A stretch of 64,000 nt of DNA from an uncultured delta proteobacterium. Its GTDB lineage: Bacteria; Myxococcota; Myxococcia; Myxococcales; 40CM-4-68-19. The notes beneath the pieces are model-generated. The model had not been told where the DNA came from. It was given only the letters and a program-made list of their open reading frames with translations, and made no database searches. Of the stretch, positions 12,468 through 22,003 are shown piece after piece; positions within the stretch are counted from its first letter, which is position 1; every line of letters begins with the position of its first letter. The position numbers and the translations under genes were made by a program. The stretch lies in contig CAIWCD010000014.1 in assembly GCA_903911145.1 (NCBI GenBank), positions 62,001 through 126,000 on the forward strand. Reading direction: 5' to 3'.

Positions 12468-12482
12468 AGTGCGCTGCATACA

Positions 12483-14006
12483 ATGAAAAACAGCGAAACT
12501 GAACCGAATAATCGGCGGGCCATGTGGCTGGTCGTCGGCTACTGCCTGCTCGCGAGTTGCTGGCTTTTCACCGTCCCTCCGTTCTCTGCGCCCGACGAAG
12601 CCGACCATTTCCAAAGGGCCATTTCCGTTGGCGCAGGGCAGATCATCGGAGCGCGTCCGGAGAAGTTCAGCGATCCAGCGTTGGAGCCGCGCCAGGAGGC
12701 CTGGGTCGCCCAGACGGTGCGCCGCGTGAACCTCCGCGACGGTCTGGTTCCGGACGGCTACGCCTGCAATGCGTTCAAGCCCGCCCTGTCAGCCCATTGC
12801 GACGATCTGGTGCCGCCAGTTTCGCATGACCCGGTCACACGCTTGACCATGAACGGGACCTACCAGCCGGCGCCGTTCCTGCTCCCAGGTCTTTTCGCGG
12901 ACGCCACGCGCGACCGCCTGGTCGCGTTGCGACTTGCCCGGATCGCGAGCGCGATTACCTCCCTGTTGCTCCTCGTCACCGCGGTACTCTGTTTTGTCAT
13001 CGACGACGCTTCCTCGCTCGGTGTCCTGGTGGCGGTGACTCCAATGGTTGTCTTCATCGGCAGCGTGCTGAATCCAAGCGGGCCGGAGGTTGCCGCCGGG
13101 GTTGCCCTGATCGCCTCGCTTCTCGCGCTCGGCCGGGAGCGAAATGGCCTGTCGGCCGACGACATTCACAAGCGGCTGCTCGCACTGGCGCTTGTGGCTG
13201 GCGTCGCTCTTGCGCTGACCCGGACGCTTGGGCCTCTCTGGATCGCGCTTGAGGTCGGTCTCTGGGTCTTCTGGATCGGCTGGCGGCGCGCGCTGGAATT
13301 GACCCGCCGCGCGCCTCGGTGGAGCGCAGCAACGGTCGGTGCAATTGCAGTCGCCTGCGCGGTCAACCGGTTGTGGGAGGGGCGATATGGACCGCACTTG
13401 GCGATTGCTCGTACGGAGTCCCTCGCTACCGCGATTGACCAGTCCGTGAGGCTTTGGCCGCGGTGGATTCTCGAGCACATCGGCGACTTCCAATATCTGG
13501 ATACTCCAATGCCCCGAGTTGCAGTCCTGGCCTGGGGCGTAGTGGCGGTAGGCCTGGTGGCGTTGGCGCTGATCGTCGGGACGCCACGCGACCGGCGCGC
13601 GCTCCTTCTCGTGGGCGGTACCGTCGCGGTTGTGCCGGTAATGCTCCACGCGGTATTCTTGCGGCCTATCGGATGGGCGATCCAAGGCCGCCACGTCCTG
13701 CCCCTCACTGTCGCGCTCCCGCTCTTCGCCGGCGAGATTCTCTCCCGAAACCGGCCTCGGTTTGCTTCCACCGCCAGCCTTCGCCTGCTCTCTGCGGCAG
13801 GGACCGTTTGTGCCTTGGTTCAGCTCGCAGGGTTATATGCGAATGGCCGTCGGTCGGCGGTGGGCGTCAACGGCCCAGGATGGTTCATGATGCACGCCGA
13901 GTGGAGTCCGACGCTTGGCTGGGCGACTTGGTGCCTGGTTGGAGCGGCGGGAGCGAGTGCGTTGACGCTTGGTGCGCTTACGCTCAGGGGCGAGGTGCGC
14001 GACTGA
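12483..14006 (+). CDS. DUF2142-like polytopic membrane protein (putative GT-C glycosyltransferase)
   Basis: PPFSAPDEADHF motif after first TM, ~11 hydrophobic segments, QGRH motif; alternative start 12522. Confidence 0.75.
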   Translation: MKNSETEPNNRRAMWLVVGYCLLASCWLFTVPPFSAPDEADHFQRAISVGAGQIIGARPEKFSDPALEPRQEAWVAQTVRRVNLRDGLVPDGYACNAFKPALSAHCDDLVPPVSHDPVTRLTMNGTYQPAPFLLPGLFADATRDRLVALRLARIASAITSLLLLVTAVLCFVIDDASSLGVLVAVTPMVVFIGSVLNPSGPEVAAGVALIASLLALGRERNGLSADDIHKRLLALALVAGVALALTRTLGPLWIALEVGLWVFWIGWRRALELTRRAPRWSAATVGAIAVACAVNRLWEGRYGPHLAIARTESLATAIDQSVRLWPRWILEHIGDFQYLDTPMPRVAVLAWGVVAVGLVALALIVGTPRDRRALLLVGGTVAVVPVMLHAVFLRPIGWAIQGRHVLPLTVALPLFAGEILSRNRPRFASTASLRLLSAAGTVCALVQLAGLYANGRRSAVGVNGPGWFMMHAEWSPTLGWATWCLVGAAGASALTLGALTLRGEVRD

Positions 14007-14181
14007 TTGCATTCGGGCCCTCACTCTAGGTGGGTCCAGTAATTGAGAGCGATGCCTGGGCGAACAATCGGGCGCAACTGCTGGAGCGCCCGAGCAAATC
14101 GGGCAGCTGGGAATATCTCTTTGAGGTTGCTGGCGAGAGATCCATTCCCCTATAGTCCGCGCCTTTTCTGCGCTGCGGCGG

Positions 14182-17100
14182 ATGCTCTCGCGAAACAAAG
14201 GTTTCCATAAAATGTCGCACGACAATTCTGTCCCGCCTCGTCCGGCGCCTCAGTCGAAGGTCGCCGTTTCGCATCTGACGATCGACGGTGAGGCATCCCA
14301 GGAAGACCTGGCGGAGATGCTTGAAGCAGAGCGCGAGCACATTGCTTCGCTGCGTGCGAGCGGGCCCGTCTCATCGCTCTGGGTCCACGAGCGGATCCTG
14401 GCGCTCCTGCAGCGCGAGTTTTCACAGCGGGACACCGGCCCCAGCGCGCCGAGCGCGGCCGTCAGCTCTCCATCGCTGACCCGGCTCTGGCAAGCGGCCG
14501 ACGTCCAGCAGTTCAGCGTGCCGCTCTCGCACCGGCCGGTCATCGGTGCCGGTGTCACGGCGATGAAGCGCGCGTTTATCGACGGCCTCAGGCCGTTCCA
14601 TGCAGAGATGATGCGTCCGCAGCGCATCTTCAACGAACAGCTGGTCGATCTCCTCAACGCGATGGTGTCGCGGGCGTGGCGCAAGGATCTGATCAACAAG
14701 TTCCGGCTGCTCTCCACGCTGACTGACCCGACGCGCTGGCAGGTGCAATCGCATCGAACCAGGTTGGCGGCGCAGGCGGTTGAGCTGGCCAAGCGCTCCT
14801 ATCTGAGCGCCGGGCGCGGCGTCCTCGCTCCTCTGCTGGCGAGGCAGCGCGACTGGAATGAATGCGTCGTCGGGTTGCTGCGGCTCTGCCTCGAGTCCGA
14901 GGAGGCACCTGAGGCGGAAGCGCTGACTCGGCAGTTTGATCGATTGCTCTCGCTCGTCGAACTTGGCCCCGCGGCCGGGATGGCCCGGGTCGGCAGGGGG
15001 GCCGCACTGGAGCTGTTGCGGAGGCAGCTCGAATTCAACCGGGAGGCGACGCGGCAATTGCTGGGTCTTCTGGCGAAGACGCCGCCGCGCGCGCTGGCGG
15101 GGCTCGACTATGCGGATTGGATTTCGCTGCGCGAAGCGAAACGGAAAGCGGAGGTTGCTGTCGGCCTCGCCAAGCTCAAGACGCGGCCGCTCATCAGCAT
15201 TGTGATTCCCGTCTACAATACGCCGGAGCCGGTTCTCAAGGCGTGCCTCGATTCGGTGCTCGCGCAGAGCTATCCGCATTGGGAGATCTGCGCGGTCGAC
15301 GATTGCTCGCCGTCCGCGGCGGTCACACAGATCCTCAACGCTTATGCGCAGAAGGATCGCCGCATTCAGGTCAGGCGACTGGCCTCAAATGCGGGGATCG
15401 CGCGGGCCACCAACGCGGCCGTTGAACTCGCCAAAGGAGAGCTGGTCGGGTTTCTCGATCACGACGACGAGCTCACGCCGGATGCGCTCGCCGAGATGGC
15501 CCTGCGCCTCGACAGAGAGCCCGCCCTCGAGCTCGTCTATTCCGACGAAGATCGTCTCGATGAGCAGGGGCGCCGTTTCGGGCCATTCTTCAAGCCCGAC
15601 TGGTCGCCCGATCTCCTGCTCTCGGTCAACTACGTCTGCCACTTTCTGGTTGTGCGCAAGTCTCTCCTCGATCAGGTCGGCGGACTGCGCGAGGGGGTCG
15701 ACGGTTCGCAGGACTACGATCTGCTATTGCGCTTGAGCGAGAAGACGCACCACATCGGGCATATCTCGCAGGTGCTTTACCATTGGAGGGTATCGGCGAC
15801 CTCGACGGCCGCTAATCCCGCCAATAAGCCGGCCGCATCCAATGCGGGCTTGCGCGCGCTGCGCGATCACCTTGCGCGGGTGGGCAGCAAGGCCTTGGCA
15901 GAAGCGCCGGTGCCGACCAATTATCATGTCCGCTATCCGCTGATTGGAGAGCCACTCGTCTCCATCATCGTTCCCTTCAAGGACAAGCCCGAACTGCTCA
16001 ACCAGCTGGTGACCAGCCTCTTCCAGATCACGAGCTACCAGAATTTCGAGCTTCTCCTGATCTCCAACAACAGCGTTCAGCCCGAAACGGCCGCGGCGCT
16101 CGAACGGATGGTCGACCCGCGGATTCGCAAGCTCACCTGGGATCACGCGTTCAACTACTCGGCCATTAATAATTTCGGAGCGCGTGCGGCCAAGGGCGAG
16201 CTGCTGCTGTTCTTGAACAACGATATCGAGATCACCCAGCCGGATTGGCTGCAGGAGTTGATTGGTCAGGCCCAACGGCCGGAGGTTGGTGCGGTCGGGC
16301 CGAAGCTCCTGTTTCCGGACCGGAAGCTCCAGCATGCGGGAGTTATTCTCGGCATCGGTGGGTTTGCCTCACACGCATTTGCCCAGCTGCCGGATCAGCC
16401 GCTGTGGACTGCGTTCGGGCACCAGAACTGGGTGCGCAATTACCTCGCAGTGACAAGCGCGTGTGTACTCATGCGCCGCGAAGTGTTTGAGCGCATCGGC
16501 GGCTACGATGAAAGCTTCATCGTCTGCGGCAGCGATGTCGAGATCTGCCTGCGGATGGTGGAGGCGGGCCTGCGGGTTATCTACACGCCATATGCGGAGC
16601 TGATTCACCACGAATCAGCGACCCGGCGCTGGGACAGCATTCCGGAGAATGACTTCTGGCGATCCTTCGTTGCATACCGGCCCTATCTTGAACGCGGCGA
16701 TCCCTTCTACAATCCGAACCTCTCACTCCAGTCGGCCGATGGTGCGCTGCGATCGGACGAGACCTCTGCCGAGGCGTTGGCGCTCGGGCACCTGCGAACG
16801 CTCCCCGGTGCACAGCCCCCGAATGTTCCCGCCCTCAAGGTCGAGCAGCAGCGGCAGATCATCAGCTTTCTGCCTTCGCTCGATTACAAACGCGAGGAAG
16901 GCAACTCTGTTGAACAAGATCTGCTCGACCCGCTCGCGCGTCTGAGAATCAAGGGAAGGCTCGAGCGGATCACCTGGTTTCTGCCCTTCTTCCATCACCC
17001 GTTTGGAGGGATCCACACCATCCTTCGTCTGGGCGATCTGCTCCAGAAGCGGCACGGCATCCAGAGTCACTTTGTGATCGCGGATTCCCCGCAGGCAGAT

Positions 17101-18054
17101 CTCAAATCTCTCGAAGCCAAGGTCCGCGCCGTGATGCCGCTCGACTTCAAGGGCACGTTTCAGGTGCTGCGCGGGCGAGACGATCTTCCCAACCTCGCTG
17201 CATGCGATCTGGCGGTCGCGACGCTCTGGACCACCGCCTATCTGGTCAAGGATTTCGAAGGCGCGCTGGCAAAGGGATACCTGGTGCAGGATTTCGAGCC
17301 GCTCTTCTATTCGGCCAGCACGTTATATGCGCTCGCTGAGCAGACCTATCGGCTCGGCTTGTACGGAATCTTCAACACCCGAGGCCTCTACGAATCAGTA
17401 ACGGCCAACTATCCAATGACGGGCTGCTGGTTTGAGCCCGCGGTGGATTCGACGGTCTTTCACGCCAGGCGGCCCGCGCGGTTTGGACCGGTGAAGTTGT
17501 TCTTCTATGCAAGACCATCGAACGACAGAAACGGATTCGAGTTGGGAGTGAGCGCGCTGCGCGATCTGAAGGCCGAGTTTGGCGAGCGGATCGAGATCGT
17601 CACCGCGGGGGAGCATTGGGATCCCGCGACCTATGGTCTGGAGGGGGCCGTGACCAACCTCGGCGTTCTGCCCTATGAGAAAACGGCGGACTTGTATCGG
17701 CAGTGCGATGTCGGCCTGGTCTTCATGTTTACCAAGCATCCATCATATCTCCCGTTCGAGTTAATGGCCTGCGGTGTCACGGTGGTCACCAATCGGAACC
17801 CGGCCAACGCCTGGTTGCTTGAACCCGATATCAACTGCCTGATCGCCGACCCGACGCTCACCGGCGTGCGCAACCAGCTGCGCCGCGCGATTCTCGAGCC
17901 CACGTTGAGAGAGCGGATTGCCCGCGCCGGGAGCGAGCGGGTCAGCCGCACGACCTGGGAAGCGCAGGCCGATCGCATCCACGCGTCGATCGCGCACGCA
18001 TTGAATCCTGTGGCCTCCGAGTCAGACGCGGCACAGAGCTCAGCGGCGCTGTGA
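14182..18054 (+). CDS. Multidomain glycosyltransferase: helical repeats + GT2 + GT2 + WsaF-like GT4 domain
   Basis: ISIVIPVYN...FLDHDDEL...GSQDYDL; VSIIVPFKD...LNND; C-terminal FGGIHT, ATLWTTA, YLVQDFEP, FFYARP..RNGFELG, HPSYLPFELMACG; alternative start 14212. Confidence 0.88.
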   Translation: MLSRNKGFHKMSHDNSVPPRPAPQSKVAVSHLTIDGEASQEDLAEMLEAEREHIASLRASGPVSSLWVHERILALLQREFSQRDTGPSAPSAAVSSPSLTRLWQAADVQQFSVPLSHRPVIGAGVTAMKRAFIDGLRPFHAEMMRPQRIFNEQLVDLLNAMVSRAWRKDLINKFRLLSTLTDPTRWQVQSHRTRLAAQAVELAKRSYLSAGRGVLAPLLARQRDWNECVVGLLRLCLESEEAPEAEALTRQFDRLLSLVELGPAAGMARVGRGAALELLRRQLEFNREATRQLLGLLAKTPPRALAGLDYADWISLREAKRKAEVAVGLAKLKTRPLISIVIPVYNTPEPVLKACLDSVLAQSYPHWEICAVDDCSPSAAVTQILNAYAQKDRRIQVRRLASNAGIARATNAAVELAKGELVGFLDHDDELTPDALAEMALRLDREPALELVYSDEDRLDEQGRRFGPFFKPDWSPDLLLSVNYVCHFLVVRKSLLDQVGGLREGVDGSQDYDLLLRLSEKTHHIGHISQVLYHWRVSATSTAANPANKPAASNAGLRALRDHLARVGSKALAEAPVPTNYHVRYPLIGEPLVSIIVPFKDKPELLNQLVTSLFQITSYQNFELLLISNNSVQPETAAALERMVDPRIRKLTWDHAFNYSAINNFGARAAKGELLLFLNNDIEITQPDWLQELIGQAQRPEVGAVGPKLLFPDRKLQHAGVILGIGGFASHAFAQLPDQPLWTAFGHQNWVRNYLAVTSACVLMRREVFERIGGYDESFIVCGSDVEICLRMVEAGLRVIYTPYAELIHHESATRRWDSIPENDFWRSFVAYRPYLERGDPFYNPNLSLQSADGALRSDETSAEALALGHLRTLPGAQPPNVPALKVEQQRQIISFLPSLDYKREEGNSVEQDLLDPLARLRIKGRLERITWFLPFFHHPFGGIHTILRLGDLLQKRHGIQSHFVIADSPQADLKSLEAKVRAVMPLDFKGTFQVLRGRDDLPNLAACDLAVATLWTTAYLVKDFEGALAKGYLVQDFEPLFYSASTLYALAEQTYRLGLYGIFNTRGLYESVTANYPMTGCWFEPAVDSTVFHARRPARFGPVKLFFYARPSNDRNGFELGVSALRDLKAEFGERIEIVTAGEHWDPATYGLEGAVTNLGVLPYEKTADLYRQCDVGLVFMFTKHPSYLPFELMACGVTVVTNRNPANAWLLEPDINCLIADPTLTGVRNQLRRAILEPTLRERIARAGSERVSRTTWEAQADRIHASIAHALNPVASESDAAQSSAAL

Positions 18055-21000
18055 AACGTCGCGCCAGCCCTGCGCTGCGCGCGGCGGCCAGGCAAGACCG
18101 AAATGGTCGGAGCCGAGCGAGAGATTGGGACTATAGGCGGGATCCTGCTTGAGCTTCTCTCCCCATCGCTCGAGCATATAGCGCTCCTCAGCTTCAAAGC
18201 GCGGCGTCGTCAGCGGAGGCTGGTCGCTCCCGAGGCTCTCGGCCTCGTGATGATAGAGCTCTGCAAATGGCGTGTAGATATTTCGATATCCCGCCTCGGC
18301 GATGCGCAGGCAGAAGTCGACGTCATTAAACGCCATCGGAAGATGTTTCGAATCGAGGCCTCCGACCTCCTCGTAGATGCTGCGGCGCACGCAGAGGCAC
18401 GCGGCGTTCACCGCCGTCATTCTCTGGACTATCTGTGCGCGCCCGAAATATCCGGGGAACTCGCGCGCAACCCGTCGATGGACGTGCCCGGCAATGCCGT
18501 GGATGCCGGTGACGATCCCGGCATGCTCAATGGTGTTGTCCCGATAGAGCAGCTTGGCGCCGACTGCGCCGACCTCGGGCCGCACCGCTTGCGAGACGAG
18601 TTCGCTGAGCCAACCGGCGTCGATGGTCTCGACGCTCTCGCTGAGCAGGCAGAGCAGTTCGCCACGCGCCTCGCGAGCTCCGAGGTTCATCGTCGCCGAA
18701 TCATTGAGCTCGGAATCAGATCGAACGATGCGTGCGTGGCGCGCGGCTTCCAGCTCGGCGAGATATCGAAGGGTGTCTGAATTCCTGCTCTGATTGTCGA
18801 CGACCAGGATCTCGAAGCGCGGGTAGCTCGTGCGTTTGGAAATGCTCTCGATGCAGCGGCGGAGGAGACCGTGGCCGTCGTAGGTGGGGATGACAATGCT
18901 CACCATCGGTGCGTTCGCGGGGACCGACCGGCGCACGCGATAGACGGTCGGCACCTTACCCGGCATTACCTCTATGTTTGGGTCGGTCCTGGCGAAGTGG
19001 TCGCGCAGCGCGCGCTCGGCGGCCGACTGGGCGTAGCTCTTCTCCCCGATGGCCCTGGCGGTCGAACCTTCGATTGCGCGCCAGTGATAGAGTACATGCG
19101 GGATATGGCGCACGCGCTCTGTCCGTTCAATGCAGCGCAGCGCGAGATCGTAATCCTGGCTTCCTTCAAATCCCTTGCGAAACCCGCCCACCGATCGGAC
19201 CAGCGCGGTTCGATAGACGCCCAGGTGGGAAAAGTAGTTCTGCGCGCCGAACAGATCGGGATCCCACTCAGGTTTGAAATAGGCGCCAAAGCGGCGTCCG
19301 TTGATATCGATCTTATCCTCGTCGCTGTAGATGAGGTCGACGTCGGGATGCGCGGAGATCTCCGCTGCAACCAGATAGAGCGCGTGCGGCGGCAGCTCGT
19401 CGTCGTGATCGAGGAGCGCGACATATTCGCCTGTCGCCAGCTCCAACGCGCTGTTGGACGCCTCCGAGATATGCCCGTTGCGATCACGGAAGGTCACCTT
19501 GATGCGCGAGTCGCCGGAGGCCACTTCCTCGAGGACACGGCGGACATGCGGGGACCTCGAGGCATCGTCGGCGATGCACAGCTCCCACTTTGCATAATGC
19601 TGCGCGTACACCGATTCAATCGCGCGGCGCAGCCAACGCTCCGGCGGTTCAAAGACCGGCATGACGATCGAGATCAGCGGGCCGTTCTCTCGCAGCCGCG
19701 CGCAGTCGGCCTCGATGGCCGCGATCTCGGCGGGCGTCCGCGTGTCATAGGCCGCGATCCACTCGGCGTAGCTGCGTGCGCGCTCATCTTCTCCTGATGC
19801 GGCTCGGAACGTCTCGTTGAGGCGCGCCCGCAGTCCGCGCACGCCGTCCGCGCGAAGCGTCTGAATCAAGCCGGTGAGCCGGGTCGGAACCTTCCTCGGT
19901 TCGGAGAGCGCACGGCGCGCGAGCGGCGCGGCCATGCGCATCCCCGCCTCCAGCTTCCCCATCTCCTGGACGTCCACCTTGCCGAGACGAAACGTTCCCG
20001 CGCGATCGATCGGATCAAGGCGGAGTGCTTGCACGCTGGTTCCGAGGTGCACGAGCGCTTCGATCTTGCCTCCGATCGGGCGCGGCAGGCGAATCGCATT
20101 CGCCGCAGAGTAGCCGAGCCCATTGTCGACGTGGAGCACCGGCCCGCCCGGACTCGGGCCGTCGTAGGTAAGCTCAATCTGCAGCTGCACCCAGTGGGTC
20201 GGGAAGCGGCCGTCGCGCGGGGTCAGCGTGAAGCTGGGCTCCGCATCGGTGGCGCGCCAGTCGCCGCGCGCCGCATCAACGATCTCGAGATGCCTGGCCG
20301 GTAAGGCGATCATCGAGACGCACGGCCGCAGCACAGTCGTGCGGGCCGCGCGGCCAATCTCCGCGAGCGGGGACTGCTCGAGCTGCGACACCCGTTGCAC
20401 GAGCGATTCCGCCAGGTGAGCGAAGCCGGCTGCCGTCGCGCGCAACTCAGCGATCCCCGCATCGAGCGCGCTCTCTGCCTTCTCGAGCTTGCCGAGCCGC
20501 TTGTCCTGGGTGCCGTGGGCTTCGCGAAGTCGGGCGAACTCCGCAACGCTGATCGCGCGCTGCTCCGCGATCTCCCGCTCGAGCGTCGCCATCGCCGCGC
20601 CGTGTGGCGCGAGGCGCGTTTCGAGCTGGCTGTTGAGCTTCGTGTCGACGCGCGCATCGATCGCTGCTGGAGACAACGCAGACAACTGCGTCTCGAGCAG
20701 CGCCAGACGCTCTGCGAGGATGCGGCTCTGCGCTTCCCAGTGCGCGTCGCTTTCGCGCAACACGCGGGTGGCAGACTCCTCGAGAGAAGATCGCGGCCAG
20801 CTCATCCGCACGGTCATCGACGCGCCGTCGAGCTGAGCGCAGACCTCGGCGGAGAGTGGCAGTTCAATCGACGGATCGTTTCCGGTCGAGAGCCACGTCA
20901 GGCCATCGGGCGCGGTGAAGAGTGCCAGCTCGTGGCGCGCGGCCAACGTCGCGGCGTGCCCATCCCAGCGCCACAAGAGCGCGCCCGAGGCCGAACGCAG

Positions 21001-21954
21001 CGCCAGCTCGTCGACGCGGAAGTATCCGGTGCAGTTGACGGGATCGAGCCGCAGCCGTGCGATCGGGCCGCACTGCGCGGGCAGGTTGAGCGAGAGCTCT
21101 ATCTGTCCTGTGGCGGGACCGCTGATGCCGAGCACGGTCTGGTCTTCGCTGAAATTCCCCTCGGCGCCGCTCCAATACAGCTGCGTGGTGATCACGAGGC
21201 CGCGGGGCGATGGCAGCGGAGCGTCGTGCGCGAGTTGCGCGATCACCGCCTCCGCGTGCGGGCCCGGCTGCGCCTCGATGATGAACTGGTAGGCGAGCGC
21301 ATCCGGCGACTGCAGCACCGTGCCCACCACGTTGTTCGCGACGCGCGAGCGCAGCTGCTCCGCGAATTCGCTGTCGGTTGGATCGACCAGCACCGACTGG
21401 ATGCGCTGTGCACCAAAGCCGGACTTCGCGAGCAGTTCGAGCAAACTCTTGCGGGTGAAGAAGCGCAGGTGGGTGGAGTCGAGAATTCCCGTCCGCCGAT
21501 ACTCGAACTCACCCGCGATGAGCGTGGCGACAAGTCCGGCGTACCCGATGTTGGGGACCGAGATGATCAGCTTGCCCTCGGCGCGCAGAAGCGGTGCGAG
21601 CTGGCGAAGGACGAGACCGGGATCGCGCAGATGCTCGAGCACGTCGGCGCAGATGATCGCGTCGTAGGTTGCGGTCTGGAACTGCGCGCCGAGATCTGCT
21701 GTCTCGAGGTTGAGGCTGAGCAGCGTCCGGTAATATGGCCGCGCCAGCTCGCGCGCGGAATCATCGAGCTCGACACCATCGACCACGCACTGCTTGGCCT
21801 CGGTGAGGTATCGCCCGAGCGCGCCGCTCGAGGTTCCGAGGTCGAGTACGGCGGAGCCGTCGCGAACCATCCGTGCGATCTGTGCCAGCGAATCGGCTCC
21901 GTCGAGAGAGACGGTGCGGCCGTATCGATTGCTGATGTCGCCGGGCTGGCTCAT
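18040..21954 (-). CDS. WsaE-like multidomain protein: methyltransferase + beta-sandwich + coiled coil + tandem GT2
   Basis: VLDLGTSSG, ADVLEHLRDP, GILDSTHLRFFT; two LRLDP beta-domains; heptad-rich coil; LLDHDDEL and GSQDYDL GT2 motifs. Confidence 0.88.
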   Translation of the reverse strand: MSQPGDISNRYGRTVSLDGADSLAQIARMVRDGSAVLDLGTSSGALGRYLTEAKQCVVDGVELDDSARELARPYYRTLLSLNLETADLGAQFQTATYDAIICADVLEHLRDPGLVLRQLAPLLRAEGKLIISVPNIGYAGLVATLIAGEFEYRRTGILDSTHLRFFTRKSLLELLAKSGFGAQRIQSVLVDPTDSEFAEQLRSRVANNVVGTVLQSPDALAYQFIIEAQPGPHAEAVIAQLAHDAPLPSPRGLVITTQLYWSGAEGNFSEDQTVLGISGPATGQIELSLNLPAQCGPIARLRLDPVNCTGYFRVDELALRSASGALLWRWDGHAATLAARHELALFTAPDGLTWLSTGNDPSIELPLSAEVCAQLDGASMTVRMSWPRSSLEESATRVLRESDAHWEAQSRILAERLALLETQLSALSPAAIDARVDTKLNSQLETRLAPHGAAMATLEREIAEQRAISVAEFARLREAHGTQDKRLGKLEKAESALDAGIAELRATAAGFAHLAESLVQRVSQLEQSPLAEIGRAARTTVLRPCVSMIALPARHLEIVDAARGDWRATDAEPSFTLTPRDGRFPTHWVQLQIELTYDGPSPGGPVLHVDNGLGYSAANAIRLPRPIGGKIEALVHLGTSVQALRLDPIDRAGTFRLGKVDVQEMGKLEAGMRMAAPLARRALSEPRKVPTRLTGLIQTLRADGVRGLRARLNETFRAASGEDERARSYAEWIAAYDTRTPAEIAAIEADCARLRENGPLISIVMPVFEPPERWLRRAIESVYAQHYAKWELCIADDASRSPHVRRVLEEVASGDSRIKVTFRDRNGHISEASNSALELATGEYVALLDHDDELPPHALYLVAAEISAHPDVDLIYSDEDKIDINGRRFGAYFKPEWDPDLFGAQNYFSHLGVYRTALVRSVGGFRKGFEGSQDYDLALRCIERTERVRHIPHVLYHWRAIEGSTARAIGEKSYAQSAAERALRDHFARTDPNIEVMPGKVPTVYRVRRSVPANAPMVSIVIPTYDGHGLLRRCIESISKRTSYPRFEILVVDNQSRNSDTLRYLAELEAARHARIVRSDSELNDSATMNLGAREARGELLCLLSESVETIDAGWLSELVSQAVRPEVGAVGAKLLYRDNTIEHAGIVTGIHGIAGHVHRRVAREFPGYFGRAQIVQRMTAVNAACLCVRRSIYEEVGGLDSKHLPMAFNDVDFCLRIAEAGYRNIYTPFAELYHHEAESLGSDQPPLTTPRFEAEERYMLERWGEKLKQDPAYSPNLSLGSDHFGLAWPPRAAQGWRDVSQRR

Positions 21955-22003
21955 TGGCCTCTGTTTGCGAGGGTGAGATCGCTCGCGAGAGTTCGGATTT
22001 CTA

